Positions 57,744-64,000 of a stretch of 64,000 nt of DNA are shown here, piece by piece; position 1 is the first letter of the stretch, and each line of letters begins with the position of its first letter. The stretch lies in IMG/VR virus record IMGVR_UViG_3300028394_000053, positions 31,863 to 95,862 of that record; one strand, written 5' to 3'. The stretch comes from a virus. The position numbers and the translations under genes are program-made. The notes beneath the pieces are model-generated. The model saw only the letters and a list, made by a program, of their open reading frames with translations. It was not told the DNA's origin and did no database searches.

Positions 57744-58235
57744 ATGACAAAAAAATTAGAGGAGCTGTTTGAGTTTGACAAACTTGAACAAGACGAAGAA
57801 TCCGAAGCTCCAGTTCTCACCGTAGAACAAACACGTGCTGCTATCGTAGCTATTGACACCAACATAGACAAGATTGACCTGGCCTTACCGGCTGTGCGTG
57901 ACCTTGACACCAGCGATCGTGAGCTGGATGAACTGGCCGATCTTGCCAAACAAAGCTATCAAGATCTAAGTGATCTTGGCATGAATGTGGATTCACGTTT
58001 TGCCGCTGAACTGTTTGCAGTAGCTGGCACCATGTTAGGACATGCACTTACAGCCAAGACTACCAAGCTGAACAAAAAACTAAAAATGATTGATCTACAG
58101 TTGAAAAAAGCTCGACTGGATCAACAGGCACCAGACACCGAACTGTTGCCCACAGCTGAAGGACAGATCTTGAGTCGCAATGATTTGCTGGAACGTCTAA
58201 TAGGCTCTAGAGATCAAAAAAGCAAAAGTTCATAA
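57744..58235 (+). CDS. probable terminase small subunit
   Basis: Helical 163-aa protein (ELA..SY..L..LG...R..ELF.VA..ML) with late promoter; similarity to gp16 inferred. Confidence 0.45.
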   Translation: MTKKLEELFEFDKLEQDEESEAPVLTVEQTRAAIVAIDTNIDKIDLALPAVRDLDTSDRELDELADLAKQSYQDLSDLGMNVDSRFAAELFAVAGTMLGHALTAKTTKLNKKLKMIDLQLKKARLDQQAPDTELLPTAEGQILSRNDLLERLIGSRDQKSKSS

Positions 58236-58256
58236 ATATCATATAGGGAAAAAAGC

Positions 58257-58865
58257 ATGAAAAAATTTCAAGAATACCTCGCTGAATCAGAAAGAACCTA
58301 CAATTATCGTATCAAGATTGTGGGTGACACTCCTTCAAATTTCTTAAAAGATTTGGAAGAGAAACTTAAACAGTTCGATATCGTCAAGATCTCGGCACCC
58401 AAGACCACACCGGTACAGGCAAATCCAGCAGACTTTCCTGCCTTTGCCAATGATCGTGTGACACATGTGGATGTTGAATTCCGTTATCCAGCTATTGAGC
58501 CACAGATTAAACAACTGGCCCAGTTGTTGATGTTTGATCCCAACCGAATCAGAATGCTTACTACCCCTTATGAAGACAGCATGGATCAAGAGCGTAGCGA
58601 AGTAGAAGCTCAAAACAAAAATCTCCTAACTGATACAGATTTTCCTGCACCAAACAAGGAACAAAAAGCCTTGTACAAAGACTACAGTGCTGAATACAAC
58701 AATCATGCTGTGCTCAAAAATGCTTACCGCAGTGACTTTACTGTGGCTGGTGGCAAGACACCACCTGCAAAAACCACAAACGATTTGCCAATGGGAGACA
58801 AAAGTCCAATGAGCAAGATCAAGTTGCCACCTAAGCCAGCAACTGGCAACAAACCAAGAGGATAA
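58257..58865 (+). CDS. putative internal head protein
   Basis: N-terminus MKKFQEYLAE resembles the T4 internal-protein capsid-targeting sequence. Confidence 0.55.
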   Translation: MKKFQEYLAESERTYNYRIKIVGDTPSNFLKDLEEKLKQFDIVKISAPKTTPVQANPADFPAFANDRVTHVDVEFRYPAIEPQIKQLAQLLMFDPNRIRMLTTPYEDSMDQERSEVEAQNKNLLTDTDFPAPNKEQKALYKDYSAEYNNHAVLKNAYRSDFTVAGGKTPPAKTTNDLPMGDKSPMSKIKLPPKPATGNKPRG

Positions 58866-58868
58866 ACC

Positions 58869-61049
58869 ATGGATAATTTTTTCTACAACCTAAACAAAAA
58901 GATGTCGGATCTGGCACAACGCCAAGATCTAGCTGAGAGTGCTGTGACTGAGCGCGACATGGGCAAACACAACAATGCCACAACTGGATTCAAGGCCTTG
59001 GTCAAAAAAGCCGGCGGCGGTGAAAAAGGCAATCGTATTGCTGGCGCACAATTTCAAAAGATGAAAAAGGCTGGACAACTAGAAGAAGGACATTGTTCTG
59101 CTTGTGATTGCTCACCATGTGAGTGTGACAGCATGGAAGAAAGTGCTTTTCAAGCTGCAATCGGCAAAAAGAAATATGGCGATGCTGGCATGAAAGCCTT
59201 GCAGAAAGCTGGACGGGACAATGCTAGTGACACAACCATGAACAACATCCGTAACAGATATGACAAGTATGATGAAAGCATGATGGAAGGATCGTGTCCC
59301 AAGTGTGACTGTGCTCCGTGCCAGTGCAACGAAGGTAATGCATTCAGTGGAGCAGTGGCAAAGGCCAAAGCCGACGGTGTACAACCTGGTGAAAAAATCA
59401 AAGTTGGTGGCAAACAGTATCCAGTTCGCGAAGCTGGCAAGCCAATGACACCCAAACAAAAATCATTTGCCAAACTGGCACCTCCCGCAGATAAGATCAC
59501 TTTTGCCGACAAGATTGCTGGCGCCAAAAAAGAAGTTGATGAAATGTTGGGCGATGTAGCAGCCACAGCAATGAAAAACGCAGTGGCTCCAAGAAGAAAT
59601 CAAGATGCAATGGCTGGTAAGCAAGAGCTAAAACGACCTGGCAAAGAGCATCCATTAAAGAATGTTGCCAAAGGACTAAAAGCATTTGTGCAAGGCAAAG
59701 AAGAACCCATGGATGAAGAAAAGACCAAAGATCCACGTAGTAAAGGTACAGCATTTGATCCTGACTATCAAGCTCAGGCAAAGAAAGAAAAAGAAGGTAC
59801 TGGTAATTTTGACAAGAAAAAAATCAGCACTGGTACAGTATACACTCGTAAACACAAAGATGATGAAGAAGATGAAGTCAAATCTGATCAACCAAAAGTC
59901 AAAGGTCGTCCAAAAGGTCCTGCAAAAGGCCCTGAGCGTGTGACCGGCAAGGCATGGAAACACAAAGGTGGTCGTGCTGTCAAAGAAAATGATATTGCTA
60001 TAACCGACCGTGGTGAGTATGATGATGAAGCTGGTATGGCCAAAGATCAATTACACACTATCGTTCGTCATGCTCGAGAACTTGAACGTGCGCTTGGTGC
60101 AGGTGACAACTTGCCAGAGTGGGTACAAGAAAAAATGGGCCAGATCAAAGGCATGATGACCAGTGTAACTGATTATATGCTAAGCCAAAAAGAACGTCAT
60201 GGTGAAGAAAGCAGTGGTATTCAACCAGTAGCTGAAAAATCAAAAAGTCAGTCACAGGCCCGCATGATGGCCGGCGCCGCACACAATCCCAAGTTTGCTA
60301 AAAAAGTTGGTGTAGCTCCAAAAGTGGCCAAAGAGTTTAACAAGGCAGATACGGGCAAAGACATCAGCAAACTTCCTAACAAAGTTAAAAAAACTGATGA
60401 AGCTTCCAAGCCAGACTTTTTAGACATGGACAAAAAAGAGCCAATGAAAAAAGCCGTTGCTGACAAGAAAGAGAAAAAAGTTGCCGAAACAACCACAAGT
60501 GGTAGTGTAGCAACAGCAACAGATACTAAAAAGTCATCGGGTGGCATGCAGTTTGGTAAAGGTGTTTACGAAGGTGCTATTAGTGAAAGCTATGATAAGA
60601 AATTATCAAGTGTGCTGAACGAAGGCATGAATGTCACAGTGACCATGAACAATCGTCCAGACGGTGGTCCTAATAAAACTATCAATGTCAGTGCTGATGG
60701 AGATGATGCTGAGAAATTGGCAGAGATCCTGAAGTTAGCCGGTTTAGGCAGTCAGTCCAGTGGCTGTAGCTCATGTGGTCAATCACCCTGTGGTTGCGAC
60801 ACTGTTGACGAAGCCTACGGTGATACCACAGCTACCAAGAACAGTCCAGACTGGCCAACCGATAAAGAAACTACAGATTCAAATGATCCGTACTTGAGAA
60901 GATTTAGTGGCGGACTAAATGGTCCTAAGTCAACTGGTCAAACAACTATTCCGGTATTGGCCAGTCAAGTGAAGCGCCAGGACAGCATGGAAGAGTCAGT
61001 TGCACTTGAGCGCAGTTTGTTTAAAACTTGGAAAAATTACAAAGGCTAA
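58869..61049 (+). CDS. large modular Lys/Glu-rich putative internal head protein
   Basis: 726 aa; many hydrophobic-x-E sites, three Cys-rich motifs, LPEWVQ.K module. Confidence 0.55.
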   Translation: MDNFFYNLNKKMSDLAQRQDLAESAVTERDMGKHNNATTGFKALVKKAGGGEKGNRIAGAQFQKMKKAGQLEEGHCSACDCSPCECDSMEESAFQAAIGKKKYGDAGMKALQKAGRDNASDTTMNNIRNRYDKYDESMMEGSCPKCDCAPCQCNEGNAFSGAVAKAKADGVQPGEKIKVGGKQYPVREAGKPMTPKQKSFAKLAPPADKITFADKIAGAKKEVDEMLGDVAATAMKNAVAPRRNQDAMAGKQELKRPGKEHPLKNVAKGLKAFVQGKEEPMDEEKTKDPRSKGTAFDPDYQAQAKKEKEGTGNFDKKKISTGTVYTRKHKDDEEDEVKSDQPKVKGRPKGPAKGPERVTGKAWKHKGGRAVKENDIAITDRGEYDDEAGMAKDQLHTIVRHARELERALGAGDNLPEWVQEKMGQIKGMMTSVTDYMLSQKERHGEESSGIQPVAEKSKSQSQARMMAGAAHNPKFAKKVGVAPKVAKEFNKADTGKDISKLPNKVKKTDEASKPDFLDMDKKEPMKKAVADKKEKKVAETTTSGSVATATDTKKSSGGMQFGKGVYEGAISESYDKKLSSVLNEGMNVTVTMNNRPDGGPNKTINVSADGDDAEKLAEILKLAGLGSQSSGCSSCGQSPCGCDTVDEAYGDTTATKNSPDWPTDKETTDSNDPYLRRFSGGLNGPKSTGQTTIPVLASQVKRQDSMEESVALERSLFKTWKNYKG

Positions 61050-61072
61050 TGAAAGATTAAAAAGGACACAGT

Positions 61073-61366
61073 ATGGCACAAGCAAACGTAGTCAGTTCAG
61101 CAGGTAACATCACATGGTACACAGACAAGGCCGAAATAGCCGCTCTTAGCACTGGGGTAACCTATCAGGTCTATGCCACAGCATTGGGTAATGCTGCCGC
61201 AGTTGGCAACATCTACAGTGCCGCTGTGGCCATACCAAACGGCGACATACAACAAATTTATGTGGGTGCCGGTAACAAACTTACCGTAACAGGCACATTC
61301 ACCGCCAAGGAACTTGGCACACAAAGTTCAGCACAGTACAGCGTATTCAACTCATCTGGAGTTTGA
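61073..61366 (+). CDS. small hypothetical virion protein
   Basis: 97-aa ORF, AAGGA SD, beta-rich composition. Confidence 0.6.
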   Translation: MAQANVVSSAGNITWYTDKAEIAALSTGVTYQVYATALGNAAAVGNIYSAAVAIPNGDIQQIYVGAGNKLTVTGTFTAKELGTQSSAQYSVFNSSGV

Positions 61367-61370
61367 TCCA

Positions 61371-61742
61371 GTGCGAGCCCAAGAGTTTCTTTTTGAAAAA
61401 AACCTAGGTAAAATAGGCAATCGCAAACAATCAGCCACTCGTGGACTACACAAGTTTCGCGACCGTGGCGGGTACGATCGTACCTATGAACTGAATCGTA
61501 TCATGATGTTGACTGCTTGTAGCGACGGAGTGACTCCGTTAGATGTAGATACTGAAAGCTGGGCCGGCAGATACAATACAGCTCATCCCTACACTGACAT
61601 TGAACAAAAAATGTTAAATCAGGCCTTGAAGGCCGCTGGCAGTGAGCATATGGATTTGAACGACGGTAACATGGACAGTGAAGAACTTGATTCAACTAAC
61701 ACAGTGAGTCCTGTGACAGGATTCAAAGGCTATCCTAGATGA
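61371..61742 (+). CDS. putative head protein, paralogue 1
   Basis: GTG start (M)RAQEFLFE; ends SPVTGFKGYPR. Confidence 0.6.
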   Translation: MRAQEFLFEKNLGKIGNRKQSATRGLHKFRDRGGYDRTYELNRIMMLTACSDGVTPLDVDTESWAGRYNTAHPYTDIEQKMLNQALKAAGSEHMDLNDGNMDSEELDSTNTVSPVTGFKGYPR

Positions 61743-62125
61743 GAGCTCATGAATTCTTAACTGAAGAACAACAGTTACCGCCCGAGCAAGCTGACCCACT
61801 GCGCCAAACTTTTATACTTCCTGGCCTGAGTTCTGATCAGCCATATGAAATTTATAGATTTGGCATGGCCCTGGCCCGTGCCAGGAGCGATTCAGTCAAG
61901 GATGATTTAAATCCTTATATATTGCCTTGGAACAAAGAAGAAGTGTTTGGAAATCATGCCTTGGTAGCTGGGATAAACAAGACCGTAGATCCCATCATAG
62001 ATCAAGCATTACAAATGACCCGGACTCCGGGTGGAAAAAAATTAATTGGCACAGCCCAAAGCCAGGAACCTGCCGGCATTGATACCCAAAGTCCGGTTAA
62101 AGCCTTCAAAGGTTATCCAAGATAG
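61739..62125 (+). CDS. putative head protein, paralogue 2
   Basis: Starts MRAHEFLTE; ends SPVKAFKGYPR. Confidence 0.65.
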   Translation: MRAHEFLTEEQQLPPEQADPLRQTFILPGLSSDQPYEIYRFGMALARARSDSVKDDLNPYILPWNKEEVFGNHALVAGINKTVDPIIDQALQMTRTPGGKKLIGTAQSQEPAGIDTQSPVKAFKGYPR

Positions 62126-62156
62126 ACTAAATACAAAACGAAATAGAGAGATCATT

Positions 62157-62594
62157 ATGAAAATAGCCGACATACTAAGAAGCATTGCTGACAATCTCCA
62201 TAATATGGAGAACAACATCGACACCGACAACACCGGTGCCGAACAAGGCATGGTAGCAACGCCGGTCTTGATAAATCGTGGCTTGTCATTTGACAACACT
62301 GATCAAGACAGTTCAGGTAAAACACCATCTGGCAACGCCAAGCCTCCAGAAGACTTATTCTTACCACCACTACAGCAAAAACAAGAACTGCTGAAAAAAG
62401 CCGTAGGTGTAGAAAACGTCTATGACGATGGCAATCCAGTAGAACAAGAACAAGATGACAGCATGGATGACAGCGATGATGAAGCTGAAACAAACGAACC
62501 AAAGCAAGATGAATTAAGTCGTATCAAACAACTAGCAGGGGTGCCAGTCGCAGCAGTTCAAGAACTCAGCGATGACGAAGTATTCGACGGATAA
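62157..62594 (+). CDS. acidic hypothetical head-associated protein
   Basis: Start MKIADILR after a TAAATA promoter; PPLQQKQELLKK; ELSRIKQLAGV. Confidence 0.6.
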   Translation: MKIADILRSIADNLHNMENNIDTDNTGAEQGMVATPVLINRGLSFDNTDQDSSGKTPSGNAKPPEDLFLPPLQQKQELLKKAVGVENVYDDGNPVEQEQDDSMDDSDDEAETNEPKQDELSRIKQLAGVPVAAVQELSDDEVFDG

Positions 62595-62605
62595 TAAAAA
62601 CTATA

Positions 62606-64000
62606 ATGAGCGCAAATATTCCAAATGATCCTAATGCGATACAAAAGTTTTTTACCAGCCGCGATAACAATGCAAACTCAGCTACTTACGTTGGCCAGGA
62701 ACAAAGACTTTGGTATGATCCAGTAACCAATGCCATCTATGTAAGTGATGGCAGCACCGTTGGCGGCGTCATGGTATCTGGTGGCGGCGGTGGTACAGCC
62801 AATATCGCTGTATACGAACAAGGTAACTTACTAACACTAAATGTTGACAGTTTTGATTTTGTTGGCAATGGTGTTGTTACCACAACTGTGGGCAATAGTG
62901 TAACTGTTACTGTAACTAGTAGTGGAGCACAAGGAACTACTGGAACACAAGGTCTTGATGGCACTCAAGGTGTAGACGGAACACAGGGAGCAACAGGCTC
63001 AGGTGCTCAAGGCACTACAGGAACACAAGGTCTTGATGGAACACAAGGCGTAGACGGAACACAAGGCGCAACTGGCGCCGGCGCACAAGGAACAACTGGC
63101 ACAGATGGCGCACAAGGCACAACAGGAACAACCGGTGCTCAAGGTACCGACGGACTACAAGGTGTTCAAGGCACTGAAGGAGCTCAAGGCACTCAGGGTG
63201 TATTTGGCGGTCAAGGCACAACCGGTACTCAAGGAACAGATGGTGCTCAAGGCACAACAGGCAATGACGGTGCTCAAGGAGTGCAAGGCGTAGATGGCGC
63301 ACAAGGCACTACAGGCGCTCAAGGAACTACAGGTGCTCAAGGCACAACCGGTAATGACGGCGCACAAGGCGTCCAAGGCGTAGATGGCACACAAGGCACT
63401 ACAGGCGCTCAAGGCACAACCGGTGCTCAAGGTACCACAGGAGCACAAGGCATCCAGGGTGTTGACGGAGCTCAAGGAACAACTGGTGTTGACGGAGCAC
63501 AAGGTACTACAGGTGCCGATGGTACCTCTGTAAATATCATTGGATCGGTACCCACAGTAGGAGCAAATCCACAAGTTACACTAGATACAGCGTTTCCAGG
63601 AGCAGTCACTGGCGATGGTGTAATTGATCAAGACACTGGCAATCTCTGGGTATACACTGGAGCAACTTGGACTGATGTAGGACAAATAAGAGGACCACAA
63701 GGCACCTCTGGACCACAAGGCACCACAGGAGCACAGGGCACACAAGGTGTTATTGGCGGTCAAGGTATCGTGGGCACAGATGGCGTTCAGGGTACCACAG
63801 GCACGGACGGTGCTCAAGGCGTTCAGGGTGTAGAAGGTGCTCAAGGCACTACAGGTGCTCAAGGAACAGATGGCGCTCAAGGCACAACCGGTAATGACGG
63901 CGCACAAGGCATTCAAGGCGTAGATGGCACACAAGGAACAACAGGTGCTCAAGGAACTACAGGTGCCCAGGGAGTACAAGGAACAATAGGATCGTTTGAT
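62606..64000 (+). CDS. collagen-like fibre protein (partial; not in the ORF track)
   Basis: ATG 62606 MSANIPNDPNAIQKFFTSRD...RLWYDP.TN.IYVSDG.T.GG, then (GAQ/GTT/GVD/GTD)n to the window end, interrupted once by GDGVIDQDTGNLWVYTGATWTDVGQIRGPQG. Confidence 0.85.
   Translation, partial: MSANIPNDPNAIQKFFTSRDNNANSATYVGQEQRLWYDPVTNAIYVSDGSTVGGVMVSGGGGGTANIAVYEQGNLLTLNVDSFDFVGNGVVTTTVGNSVTVTVTSSGAQGTTGTQGLDGTQGVDGTQGATGSGAQGTTGTQGLDGTQGVDGTQGATGAGAQGTTGTDGAQGTTGTTGAQGTDGLQGVQGTEGAQGTQGVFGGQGTTGTQGTDGAQGTTGNDGAQGVQGVDGAQGTTGAQGTTGAQGTTGNDGAQGVQGVDGTQGTTGAQGTTGAQGTTGAQGIQGVDGAQGTTGVDGAQGTTGADGTSVNIIGSVPTVGANPQVTLDTAFPGAVTGDGVIDQDTGNLWVYTGATWTDVGQIRGPQGTSGPQGTTGAQGTQGVIGGQGIVGTDGVQGTTGTDGAQGVQGVEGAQGTTGAQGTDGAQGTTGNDGAQGIQGVDGTQGTTGAQGTTGAQGVQGTIGSFD

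Noticed and set aside
15028-62156. ORF-track upstream starts (15028, 19985, 26271, 27527, 35714, 47416, 51225, 61314, 62046)
   Set aside because: These extensions run through promoters or neighbouring genes; downstream starts fit promoter, SD or overlap evidence better.
1-64000. Stop-codon reassignment or tRNA genes
   Set aside because: Core genes are intact in the standard code with all three stops used, and no tRNA cloverleaf was recognised in the few intergenic gaps.

Overview
This 64 kb window is part of a large T4-like (Tevenvirinae-related but divergent) myophage genome, read in the standard genetic code. It holds most of the virion module: baseplate and tape-measure genes, portal gp20, protease gp21, scaffold gp22, major capsid gp23, neck gp13/14, gp15, sheath gp18, tube gp19, gp4, a probable small terminase, and several very large Gly/Asn/Thr-rich and collagen-like fibre genes. 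It also carries late sigma gp55, gp47/gp46, dNMP kinase, an exonuclease, a NUDIX hydrolase, HNH and GIY-YIG nucleases, a radical SAM gene, and glycosyltransferase or glycan-modifying genes among the fibre genes. The main features not shown by the ORF track are: (1) a ~360-nt highly structured non-coding element directly 3' of the GIY-YIG gene, a candidate nuclease-associated large ncRNA; (2) a canonical -1 slippery site joining the gp26-like and gp51-like ORFs; (3) a structured ~90-nt leader before a virion gene; (4) widespread apparently leaderless transcription from TAA[A/C/G]TA late promoters; (5) a possible late-expressed virion glycosylation system; (6) shared capsid-targeting and scaffold-like motifs in putative internal head proteins. 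All functional calls come from motif recognition by eye; no database searches were run.
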